A stretch of DNA of 64,000 nt, taken from Perkinsela sp. CCAP 1560/9 (taxonomy: Eukaryota > Protista > Euglenozoa: Kinetoplastea). Every line of letters starts with the position of its first letter. Positions within the stretch are counted from its first letter, which is position 1. The DNA is taken from the NCBI GenBank assembly GCA_965644495.1, contig CBFFSA010000003.1:372001-436000 (forward strand), given 5' to 3'. A program made the position numbers and the translations under genes. The notes under the pieces are model-generated. The model did not search any database and was not told the DNA's origin. It saw only the letters and a program-made list of their open reading frames with translations. Below, piece after piece: positions 1 through 11,229 of this stretch.

Positions 1-779
1 AGCCCATGAAGCAGTATGTTTTTAATGGCGTGGAATACAGCCATACCGAAGGTAAGGTAAGAATGGGACCGAGGAGCGTGAAAAAGATGCAAGGCGATAC
101 TTTTCGGAATGCAACGTACGGAAAACTAGAATCAGCTGTGGGTAGATTAGTCCATGCATCAGCAGTACTGGGAGAACCCTTTGCCAATTACCACTTCACC
201 TTAAAATTAGTGCGGCGCCGTATAAATGCGTTAAACAATGATCTGACATTATTGGATGTGAAGGTTCATCTTCCCCCCAATGTAACCATGGACTTGACGC
301 GATGGAAGAAAAAGTTGATTTCAAACATATTCGTGGCGCCGCCGCCTCATCCCGACACTGTACCACATAACCACGTTTTGTATACGGACGCTTCGTCAAA
401 AGGTTGGGGAGGAATAATATATTTGGACCACGGTTCCGTGATATGTGTGGGAGGTCGCTGGGAAGATGATTTCGATTATGAAGTCAATCGAGCGGAGACG
501 AGGGCCGTTAGTCTCGCGTTCGAGAAATTGTCGCACCATTTTCAACGAGGTACCTGCGTAGACCTATTTATTGATAATACATCATGCTTAGCTTCCATAT
601 GCAAAAAATCGACCAAATCGGATGGAATAAATATCGAATTGATAGGTGTACTTAAGTTTTTAAAGAGACAGGGTATAATAGTACAGCCGCATTACATTCC
701 GTCAAAACTGAACCCTGCGGATCCAATAAGCCGAGGAGGATGGGATTGCGACAATGTGGCGAAAGGGGTGAAAGATTGA
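1..779 (+). mobile_element. 3' part (RT C-terminus + RNase H) of a DIRS-type, VIPER/TATE-like retrotransposon, cut by the window edge
   Basis: RNase H motifs YTDASSKGWGG, NRAETRAV, FIDNTS, YIPSKLNPADPISRG; collinear with ORF 25020..25997 of the YR element in this window. Confidence 0.85.
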
Positions 780-1028
780 CTGGCGAAAGGGTGGTCCCCG
801 CGTGGACACCCGTTCGAGAAAGGGAGGGTAGGGAGTTCTCTCCAGGAAAAAGTTCATGAGGTATATAAAATAGATTTGATACTTACTTCGCGAAGTTGAT
901 ATTACAGTAGTGGTGAAGATAATGTCTTTTACTCTGTTGTCCATGATGGATGTTATATTTCGGTAGCTCTGCAGTTCTACAGATTAAACATTACAGTTTA
1001 CATACGCTTACTATATCTGATTGACTGT

Positions 1029-4000
1029 ATGTTTTTCTTCCGGAAGTGCAATTCGGAGACGACAAACTCAGTGTTCCACGAATGTCAAACACCGCCTCCT
1101 TTGGATCAGCGCACAACTCATAACTTTGGAGACACGGTTTCACCTATCAGCGCAGAAGGAGTAAATACAGGAGTTATGCCCCATGAGAAGCTTAATCGGG
1201 AAGAAGACAAGAGCCAAGAAGCGATTGCTCATGAAATGCGATTATCAATCCGACCCGGAGTTGATTTTCCGATGGCATTTGAAAAACTGCAGGAAGAAGC
1301 CGAGAGCTCCGAAGTAGGACACAAATGCGCAGTGGCCTGGTGTTTCGATCAACAGCCTTTGTTGAACATATCTTCAGGGACAGTGCAATCCGCGAAACGG
1401 AAATATGGCAAAAGACAGGTCGTTCTTTCATACGAAGGAATTTATGGACATAAGGAAGGAAATGGCTTCACGGGGGTGCTTCCACCGCAAACGAGCATAC
1501 GCATCTACAAGATCATATGGCTGAGAATTGGAGGAATTGCTAAAACGGAAAAAAGTAAAGCTGACGATCGCAAGACCACGTCTACGCAACCCAAGGTGAA
1601 TCACACTGAAAACGACCTAGATTTCGAACCTTTGCCCACTAGTAAAAGCATCGAAGCGGAATTCATACCTTGTGTTATCTCCATATACCGCGAGCTGATG
1701 AGGGACTATTCAGACAGTTCCTACGAATATCGGAATAAGGTATGGAACAGAGTCCTGTCCGCCATGAAGTTCTCTTTGACCACGATTCGCGAGGCCAGTA
1801 AGAAGCGTCGTCGGAGACGACCGTTCCCCGAACCTTTGTCCCACAATGTAGAGCAAAACGAAGATTCTAAAGACAATAGAGCAATTAAAAAAGCCACGCG
1901 GCTTATTTTGGAAGGTTGTGTCACCAAAGCCACCAAGGCTCTGGACCAAGAAAACCAAACGAGCATATTGTCGGATCAAGAAATCCTTAAAAAGCTGCGA
2001 GACCTGCACCCAGATTCGGAATCGAGCATTCAGCAGCCGGCCGACGCTCCACTCATTGCTTTTATTTCAACCCAGGAACTGAGGACTGGGGGGCGTAGAC
2101 TAGCGAAAGGAGCAGCTCCAGGCCTTCCGGAACAACTGATTGCATCGTTCGTCTACTACTGGACGATGAAATATGCTGTTCGGCATTGTGCCATATGATA
2201 GCAGATCTGATTAACGGTCTACTCTCTACAGAGGTAATGAGTCGATTGAAACGGGCGCGGTTAATTGCGATAGAAAAGAACGGGGGTGGGATCCGTCCAG
2301 TCGCAGTTGGGGAGCTATTTCTAAAATTGGCGGAGGTGGTAATGTTGCAGAGATATGAACACACATTGGGCCCCCTTTTTGAACCGTGGCAGTTTGGAGT
2401 CCAAACGAGATCGGGCTGTGAGAGGATAATACACAATCTGCAAGAACTGCATTCTCAAGGGAAGGCAATTCTGTCGATAGATTTAAAAAACGCGTTTAAC
2501 TCTCCAAGACGAGATGAAATGGCACGATCGCTTCTATCATACGCAACGCTGCGCCCATTCCAACGGTTATTCTTTGCAGAATATTCGTCAAAGTCAGAGC
2601 TGTTGTACTACGGGAAGGATGGTAAACTGTGTGGAATCGTAGAAAGCGCCTCGGGTGTGCGCCAAGGATCGCCGTTGTCTACCCTCATTTTTTGCGCCTT
2701 TTTACAATCAGTTCTCGCGACAATTTCTCTGGAATTTCCCGATATTAAAATTTATGCCTATATAGACGATATTAACTTGGTATCTAACGACGCCGGGATG
2801 CTATCTAAAGCCTTCTTTCGGATCTGGGATCTACTGGACGAAAGAAATGTACAGCTGTCCAATGACAAATGCATATGGTTCCAAGGGACAAGGGGCACGG
2901 AGATTCCAGAGGAGCTAGAAAATGCAAAGGTGAGAACAGAAACGACAGCACTCAAAGCCCTGGGGGCATATATTGGTAAAGGTGAAACCGTAAATAGTCT
3001 ATTATTGCAGTGCCTGCGAAAGCACAAAACGATTTTCAGACGGCTGAAAAAGATGGGAGCAAGTAATGTGTCATGTCTGGTCTTATCGAAATGCGTCAAC
3101 GGGAGACACCGCTACCACATCAGGGCACACAAACCTGCATGTACAGAAAACCTTACACGGGAGTTCGACGATGAGGTGGAAAACGTGCTCCATAAATGGT
3201 TCGGGAAGCTCTCCGAAACACAAATAGCATGGGCTAGACTACCCCTCAAGATGGGAGGATTGGGTTTACCTTCGACGCACAAACTCAGGGAAGCCTCTTA
3301 CAATTCTTCGCGATATGAAGCTTTCGAGCACAAAAAAATCTATTCTGCTCAAGCTACATATCCGCAAATATTGAAAGAGACCCACGCCCCACCGGACGAA
3401 GAAAACGCCACGGAAAAGAAGCATAATGAGACCATTAAGAAAGAACTGTCCAAGAACACCAAAATTGCGCGCATCATGGCGTCCACCTGTCAAAAAGGGA
3501 GCTATCAATGGCTGCAATCCACGGAGCGTTATATACCGTCGCCGCAATATACTCTTGCAGCAATGCCAAGATTGGGAATTAAACATCCGAAACTTCCGTC
3601 CGCTCTCTCCTGCCCCGGATGCAAAATTGTTCTGGATCCGGAAAATGCTCTGACACACATTCCTGGATGTGTGCGATGCTCAGGAACCAACAGCACCACG
3701 AAGCACAATGCACTGGCCAGATACATATATGATTTATGTCAAAAGGCCGGCATTCCATGTGGACGAGAACCTAGGGAGTTCTCCGCTTACATATGCTCAA
3801 TATGCAATTCAGAAGTCGAGGAGGAGAGGGAGTCGCAGCACTCGAAGGTTTGTCACGGCAGCACTTTCCGAAGATCAGGACCCGACCTCGTAATATATTG
3901 GGCTACAGGCCCGATATTCTACGATTTAACAGTAGTACACGATCTTGCTCCATCCATGAAATCGATGTCAGTGCAGAAGGCGTTCCGCGATGCTATCACA

Positions 4001-4360
4001 CGCAAGGAAACCAGGTACGTAGCGTCGAAACTGATTCCGAAAGAGCAATTCAAATGCCTCCCGGTCCTCTCGAGCGGGGCGATGCACCCAAATACTAAAG
4101 AAGTGTTGCAAATTTTGGCGGAGAAATGTGGACGTGAACAGCAATCCATACAAAGGGACTTCACACTCCACCTTCAAGAAATAAACGGCGCAATCTGTCT
4201 CTCCCAGCTCCGGAAATATGTCGCACAAGAGGACGGGGACAATATTTCCTTCTGATTCTAGGTAGAACGGCGAACTAGGGGAGATTTAAGAAAAATTAGG
4301 GTAGGATAAATTTAGGGTAGGATAAATTAGGGCAGGATAAATTAGGGTAGGAAAAAAAAA
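1029..4360 (+). mobile_element. CRE/SLACS-like non-LTR retrotransposon (RT + CCHC + RLE); one ORF broken by a 1-nt frameshift near 2123
   Basis: KGAAPG continues as (P)SGTTDCIVRLL in the next frame; IRPVAVGE, QFGV, DLKNAFNS, GVRQGSPL, YIDD, LPLKMGGLGL, CPGC..HIPGC, RSGPDLVI..YDLTVVH..KETRY; stop at 4255, short 3' UTR and A9 tail at 4352-4360. Confidence 0.85.
4293..4351 (+). repeat. Four ~15-bp tandem units AAATTAGGGYAGGAT, each containing TTAGGG, in the element 3' UTR
   Basis: Read directly from the sequence. Confidence 0.9.
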
Positions 4361-4608
4361 GTCGAGTACTAAGTGACATATCCTTCCGCAGTCAAACGAG
4401 GCTCCACAAGAGGTGCATTTGTAGGAAGTGAACTGTCGGGGCTCGCGCTCACAGGGGATTCCAGCTTTCATACATAAATTATAAATCCGTCTGACTAAAG
4501 CATCGTGCTTTGTTGTCACGTTACTCCCTGAACATTGCGCGCATCCGGATACATGGGCCATTGCAGCTTCGGCTGAAAGAAGAATGTGGCAACCAGGGCA
4601 TTGTAAAC
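4361..4608 (-). pseudogene. Fragment of another CRE-like element (CCHC/RLE region)
   Basis: CPGCHILL..HVSGCAQCSGSNVTTKHDALV..KAGIPCEREPRQF..CTSC aligns with the ORFs at 2186 and 9942. Confidence 0.8.
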
Positions 4609-4891
4609 ACGGGTAGTGAATCTCCTCCCCGTCGACCAGCATCCTGTTTCGCGACCGTGTCGCTGTCGACACAGGCCCGCGCCTGCGCCCTCCCATATAG
4701 CAAGGGAAGGGTTCACAAGTCAGGCCGCGGAGAGGTCGAAAGACCCGGTCCGGAACGCGCGAATGGATTGGGCCTGGATTGCTTGTTTTTATTGCTATTG
4801 TTATTATTGTTGTTATACTTACGGGAGATCGAATTGCTAGTTTTGGGCTCCAAAATATGAAATTGCTAATTTGATTGCTTGTTAAAAAAAA
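4607..4891 (+). repeat. 5'-truncated copy (3' UTR only, A8 tail) of the element at 4905-5693
   Basis: Near-identical to 5413-5693 over about 280 bp, ending GAAATTGCTAATTTGATTGCTTGTT followed by an A-run. Confidence 0.85.
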
Positions 4892-4904
4892 GTCCGAAAT
4901 GCAC

Positions 4905-5693
4905 AGTCCGAAATGCTAGCTGGGTGGCCGCGGGGTCTTTCGCTGAGCACTACGCCTCCGACCAGAAAGCTCGACAGCGCCGTGAATCTGAGTCGGCGGG
5001 AGGCGACTTCACAGCAATGGTCGTAGAGAGCTACGGCTCTTGGAGCTCTAGTGCCTTAGCAGTACTCCGGAAAGTAGGAGAACGTCGGGCCAAAGCGTCC
5101 AACGGCATTCTCAGTGACGGAGCAGCTACGCTACAGCTCGTCACAGACTTGAACATAACGCTGATGCGTCGCCAGGCACGTATGATGATATCAAGAATGC
5201 CGGTAGACGACCTTCCCACTCCGCTGATCGAGCAATAGCTTGGTAACGGAGGAGTAAGTAGCCCTCGTGGGATAATCGTTTCCTAACCACGCCGTTGTCG
5301 GCACAGGCCCACGTTTGCGCCCTCGCAAACAACTGATCTGGAAGCTGGTCGAGTCGACAGAGTCTATGCTCACGCCTAGCTCGCGAGGGCTAGGTACCCC
5401 AAGCGAGGTAGTACACGGGTAGTGAATCTCCTCCCCGTCGACCAGCTTCCTGTTTCGCGACCGTGTCGCTGTCGACACAGGCCCGCGCCTGCGCCCTCCC
5501 ATATAACAAGGGAAGGGTTCACAAGTCAGGCCGTGGTGAGGTCGAAAGACCCGGTCCGGAACGCGCGGATGGATTGGGCGTGTATTGCTACCTTTTTTAT
5601 TATTATTGTTATCAGAATCATAAATAACTTAAGGCAGGTTGAATTACTAGTTTTGGGCTACAACATGTGAAATTGCTAATTTGATTGCTTGTT
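4905..5693 (+). mobile_element. 3' end of a CRE-type non-LTR element (RLE C-terminus to 5238 plus long 3' UTR)
   Basis: QKARQ..FTAMVVESYGSWSSSALAVL..LNITLMRRQARM is a typical CRE-type RLE tail. Confidence 0.7.
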
Positions 5694-8570
5694 TACAAAT
5701 CACCGCTAAGCAACGACGTTCCTATCAATTTACAAACGCTATACAAAATCTCAAGTAACAAGAAGCGTTTTGATACTTTCGTGCGTGAGCATGAAAGTCA
5801 CATCTCAAACCTAGTTCGACAAGAATGTCAAATTCTGGAGAAAAACTTTAAGAAAAGACCTCGAGGAGCTTGGAAAATGATTAAAGATGTCATTGGGAAT
5901 GAGAAAAGGAGATTACATATAGACGGCAGTACGACGAAAGAAAAACTACAGGCTCTGAAAGATCATTTTCAAGCTACATACCAGAAGCATGAGGAAACCG
6001 ATAATGTAAAATTTGAGGTTGTCGAAGGAATAAAAATAGGTGATGAACCGTTCTCCCAGGATGAGCTGTTAATCGCGTGTAGACATATTATGAAAGGAAA
6101 AGCTACAGGGTCGGACGAGATTCCAATAGAAGCATACTCTGCTTTATTGGAAGACGTCAAGCTGAACGAGAGAATATTGATGATGATTAACGCTGTCTAC
6201 GCCACAGGTTACATGCCTACCACCTGGCGAGAAATCCTGCATGTACCTATTCCAAAGAAGGGAGATTTATCAATGCTTCAGAACTGGCGGGCGATATGCT
6301 TAACAAATCACATTGTGAAACTAGTGAACTACATGATTCTGAACAGGCTGCAACAGGAAATCAAACCAAAACTTCGAAATACACAATTTGGTTTTCGCTC
6401 TTTCCGCTCTACGACTACTGCATTGGCAATTCTCAATGAGGTTACACAGAAAGCATTACGTGGACCACAGGACGTTACACTAGGCTTCATTGATTTTAAA
6501 GGGGCTTTCCCTTCCATTTCCCATGAGGCGATTGCAGCAGTTTTGAAAGCCTTTACAGTACCGGAAAGGCTGAGTGCTATGATTTTAGCTGCATATAATA
6601 CTCCCGCAGGATACGTTCGTACAAGTTTCGGAGATACGGAGCTTTTCGAAATTACGTCAGGTGTACTTCAGGGAGATGTTCTAGAACCTTTTCTGTTTAT
6701 CTTATGTCTTGACAGAATTCTTAATCAAGCAATGCAGAACTCGTCTTTTGGGCTGACTCTTCATAGATCTGGAACCAAAAGTCGAGGAGTTCAAGAAATT
6801 AAGATAACTGACATTGATTACGCGGATGACGTAGTTTTCTTTGCACCAACACGCGAAATTCTTAAAGATATGATGGTAGCCTTGATTTATGAAGCATAAA
6901 AGGCCGGATTAAAACTCAATGTGGGACCTGCGAAAACGGCTTGGATGGTGATAGGAAGAAACGCAAGTTCGCAACGAAATGCTTCCATTGAACTTCCAGG
7001 ACTAGGTATCATTCCACACGTTGAATCGTATCGACACTTAGGTCTTCTAAAGAGTGCATATACGAGATCCTTTTCGGTAAAAGATCGTTTAAAGCTCGCG
7101 TGGGCGGCTTTTCATTGTCTAAAACTCCTATGGAGCAACGGATTGCATGTTTTGCTTCGCCTACGTATCTTCAATGCTTTAGTGAGCTCAGTCTTATCAT
7201 ACGGTGCAGCCGCGCTGGTACTAACTCAAAAAGAGCTCAAAGAAGTAGATACCGAAGTAAATAAGATGAGAAGGTTAGCTACAGGAGTCCCTTTATGGGA
7301 TGGTCAGAAAGGAACACCAAACAGCGCCCTTTACAGAGGAGATCCGAAATTTTCCACAGTTATTCGCGAAAACAGAGCCAGGTTGGTAGGGCACATGCTG
7401 AGACACGACACACCCTTCGCAAATGTCATGCTTTGGAGTACGAAAGAAAATGCTCGCATTAAATCACTTTCTGAAGCATGTGCAGAGGATCTTGGTATGG
7501 ACGTAGCGGAGTTAGGGGAATTGGCACAGGATCGGGAAGCATGGCGTGCAGTAGTGGGGAACTTTTTTTTTTTTCGTACATGGAGAAAATCTTTGCCACA
7601 ACCGCCTCGACCGCCACCCGGTGTCCAACCGGCAGGCTTTTCTTGGTCGAGTGAGCTGGCCACCTTCCAGTGGCAAGATGAATGGGTGTTTCCACCCACG
7701 CACCTCAGGGGAGACACCCCATTACAGGGTAGTGCGAGACTTGCATACCAGAGTTTTGTTGAATCTCGGATTGCGTAAGAGACTCTGGTAGCTCACTCGC
7801 TAAAAACTCCACTGCTCCGGATTGTTAGTCCAGGAGCGCTCCTAGCGTGGAGAAACGAAGGACCTAGCCTAGAAAAAAGGATCTAGTCCCTTCGCTTCTC
7901 CGGGAGATGGGGAGGGATAAAACCTCAGCTAGCACCAATGCCGTTCCACCTCCACCGAGGGGGTAGGGTTAGCGCGCTCGCTAACAACATACATGCCTCG
8001 GCGACGGGATGCTACCCCGTCTATGCCCCGGAACGCGGTTAACGACGCCGCGAACAAGGGTTGAACAGGAATAGGAACAGACACATTCCCTCCTGCCAGC
8101 TCGGAAACCCTTATGTCGGAAGGCTGGGGTGGCCACGCCCCATCACCGGCAACGGTCCAATGCCGGGCTCCTGATTTTATCTTCCCCTTCTGACGCACCC
8201 AAAAGGATATGCCGTGGCAATGGCGATCCAGTTAGGATAAACAAAAAGGGGGTATTTTGGGGAACTTGCGAGAGCGCCTAGAACCAATTGCGCGCTACCG
8301 TCCGGTATCGTCCTATACGAAGACCGAGGTCAATAAGATTTTGCTGTCTCCCCAGCTTACCGAGCTAGAAAAATGGGAAGCTCTGCAATTCTATGAAGAA
8401 GGTAAGGAGCAATGGCCCGATCATGAGCTACTGCACATATATTGCGACGGTTCGATGTACCGCAGAGGAAACCATGTGGGAGCAGGAGCTGCCATAGTAA
8501 TATGCCAAAGCGGATTTCTAAAGCTTACTTCAAAAGAGAAACTAAGTCCCACGTATGCTACACCAGAGGC
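5694..8570 (+). mobile_element. 5'-truncated RTE/Ingi-like non-LTR element with RT and the start of a C-terminal RNase H; in-frame TAA at 6897; interrupted at 7565-8257
   Basis: PIPKKGD..NWRAICL, QFGFR, DFKGAF, GVLQGD, YADD, RLVGHMLR, WRAVV; removing the insert joins VVGN to LRERLEP, then IYCDGS..GAGAA (RNase H). Confidence 0.8.
7565..8257 (-). mobile_element. About 690-bp non-autonomous (SINE/RIME-like) retroposon, antisense, with poly(A) tail
   Basis: T-run at 7563-7574; target-site duplication TGGGGAACTT at 7555-7564 and 8258-8267; removing the insert and one TSD copy restores the host reading frame. Confidence 0.85.
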
Positions 8571-9257
8571 AATGCCGCGTTTCATGCTTCTCCCCCCTTA
8601 TTAAAAAGAGAGAAAAAAAGCGGACGGGGTCCTGGGATTGGAGGTTGTCCCTATAATTTTTAGAAGGTTATGGATGTTAATCGGTTGACAAACTTTATCC
8701 TCACGCCTCGTTTTTTCGAAAACAAGGTTCCCCAATGTGAGATAAAGGTGGGTAAAGTTTTCTTTACTCTGCGATTAGCGCCTTAGTGTTTTTAACCGCG
8801 TCATTGTTGACACGGCCGTACACCACGCCTAGTTGCTCCACACTTCTAGGTCCCAAGTTGGTCTATGGGCAGAGGTTGAAAGCGTAACCTGTGTAGCTCG
8901 TGTGAGCTTGTAAAGGGCGTGGTAATGGACTGGTCATCTATTGCTATCGTTATCCTTTTGTGAGCTCTGCATATTTTGATATTTAATATCAACTAATATT
9001 TTACTACGTGATTGGGCATTTTGCGTTTATTGTGACGTGTGTGTGGGCAGGTTGGCCGAGGGTTCCGGTGGGGGGGAACCCCGTTAACAGAGTGACATTG
9101 ATTGTGTTGTTTTATGCAGGCTTGTTTCTTTTCCATCTTTGTGCGTGTGAATCGATTTAATGATATGTTGTGTCATTTTGAATTACGATTGAGCTATTCA
9201 TAGTTGTTCGTTTATTCATATATGTTATCAGTGTATATGTTTCCAGGGAGCCCCTCG

Positions 9258-10850
9258 GCGTGGATTTCCTATTTGAAGAGAAAAGTCTAGTTATTGCTTC
9301 CAAGAAATGCACGTGGTTTGGGGTAACACGCAACTTGCAGATGCCGGCTCGGCTAATGGACCTAGAGGTCGTAAGCGAAAATCAAGCAATCAAAATTCTG
9401 GGTGCTTTTATTGGAGACGACTCATCCGTGAGCGAACGTCTGATAGATTCACTGCGAAAGCACAACGACATGTTCCGAAGACTAAAGCTAATGGGCACAA
9501 ACAATATTTCCTGCAAATTGCTCGCAAAATGCGTCAACGTTCGTCAGAATTACCATCTACGAGTCCATAACCCTGACGCTTCGAAGGCACTCGCAAAAGA
9601 GTTTGACCAGGAGATAGAACACGTGCTGGAATCGTGGTTCGGACCGATTTCGAAAGAGATTAGCAGTACTTCGACTACCGACCAAGAAAGGAGGATTAGG
9701 TCTAACTGATTGCTTCTCGATCCGTGAAGCGGCTTTTAGCTCGTCACAATATTCAATCTTCGAGCGCCAAATCGAAAATACAGCTCAGATTGGAAACGGT
9801 GCGACAAATGCCCCTTCGGACGCGATCTGTCAGCGGAGACCTCCGCCGGACGACGAACCGACAAAAGCAGCAGAACTGCACACACAGACATGGAAAAAGC
9901 TGAAAGAATCTACCTCGCGCACAGCAAAGGTTCTGGAAAAGGTGTCTTACAAAGGGAATAATGAATGGCTATTGTCCAACGCTCGTTTTGTACCGTCACA
10001 CCTCTTCGCATTAGCCCTCATGCCGAGACTAGGGATCACACATCCAGACCTTCCTTCTCAACTGCTTTGCCCAGGATGTAACATTCTTTTGAAAGACGAA
10101 TCAATATTGCCACACATAATGGGATGTTCAAAATGCTCAGGGCTTAACGTATCGGTCAAACACCATACCCTGGTTAACTTCATCTACGAACTATGCATGC
10201 GTACCGGCATTCCTTGTGAGAAAGAACCTCGACTGTTTTCTACATTCCGCTGTGTGCAATGTAATGAAGCTATTGACCCGAAATTAAGAAAGACGCACGA
10301 GAGAGTTTGTGGAGGACGATCGTTCCGACGCTCAGGACCCGATGTGGTGATTTACTGGACCACGGGGGAAGTTTATTACGACTTAACGGTCATCCACGAA
10401 CTCGCACCCTCGAATCTAGAAACCAAATGTGTTCATCTTTTCAAGGATGCCTGCAAACGCAAACATGCCACATACGTCCAGAGCAATAAAATCTCCGCGA
10501 ACTCTTTTAAATGTATTCCCGTGCTTTCTGGAGGCTGCCTACATTCCAACACCAAGTCCCTGCTGGACGCACTTGCGGATGCTTGCGGTAAAGTTAGAGG
10601 GATGGTACGATCGGAATTTCAGCTCCTGCTGCAAGAGCTCAACGGTGTCGTAGTATATTCCCAATTGCGGAAATCTCTGGATAAGAACGTCACTGGACAA
10701 GAATACGGACTATAAGAAGGAATAATAATAATATCAAAAAACTATAATATAATATCATAATACGGAATCTTGAAATTCAATATTACAATTCAAAATTAGG
10801 AATATAAGAAGGAAAGAAAAATAATTGATTGATTGATTGATTGATTGATT
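9258..10850 (+). mobile_element. 5'-truncated, frameshifted second CRE-like element (RT C-terminus, CCHC, RLE) with AT-rich 3' UTR
   Basis: ORFs 9260..9709 and 9942..10715 are collinear homologues of 2186..4255 (KCVNVRQNYHLRVH, CPGC..HIMGC, RRSGPDVVIYW). Confidence 0.85.
10824..10850 (+). repeat. (ATTG)6 microsatellite
   Basis: Read directly; lies at the end of the CRE-like 3' UTR. Confidence 0.9.
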
Positions 10851-11229
10851 TTAAGGGCATTTATCCCATAGGGACGTACCCTCCCGGAGATAGCCGGGCA
10901 CTATCCAAAATTAACTTCTTTTAGCCGCGCGCGCCAGGCTATGAAAATCATAGCTTTTGCCATGCGTCACAGTTTTTAGGCTGTAGGCATTACAGACTGC
11001 ACAGCGGCCAAGCATCCAATGATTATTAGTTGGTGCGTATGGGTATTTACCCTAGTTTCCTAGTGTTTCGTTAATAAAAAAATGTTTCGTTAAATAAATA
11101 AAAAAGATATTTTATTTATAAAAGGATTTTCTATAGACGCAAATAAGCAAAATTTCCTGTTGGAGTTTCTTGAATCACACTTATTCTGAAATATTTAAGA
11201 AACTACGACATTAATTTCCCGCCATCTCA

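Noticed and set aside
988-1004. Possible SL relic upstream of the first CRE-like ORF (ATTACAGTTTACATAC)
   Set aside because: Only an 8-nt match to the SL core and no TTG junction; too weak.
2110-2198. Programmed frameshift between two ORFs of the CRE-like element
   Set aside because: No slippery heptamer; one missing base in the conserved APGPSG motif explains it (mutation or sequencing error).
4373-4384. 12-mer GTGACATATCCT shared with the hairpin at about 31216
   Set aside because: Short, with no flanking similarity; compatible with chance.
5530-5560. Hammerhead ribozyme (GTGGTGA-GGTCGAAAGACC)
   Set aside because: The CUGANGA core is mismatched and no GAAA follows stem II in either copy.
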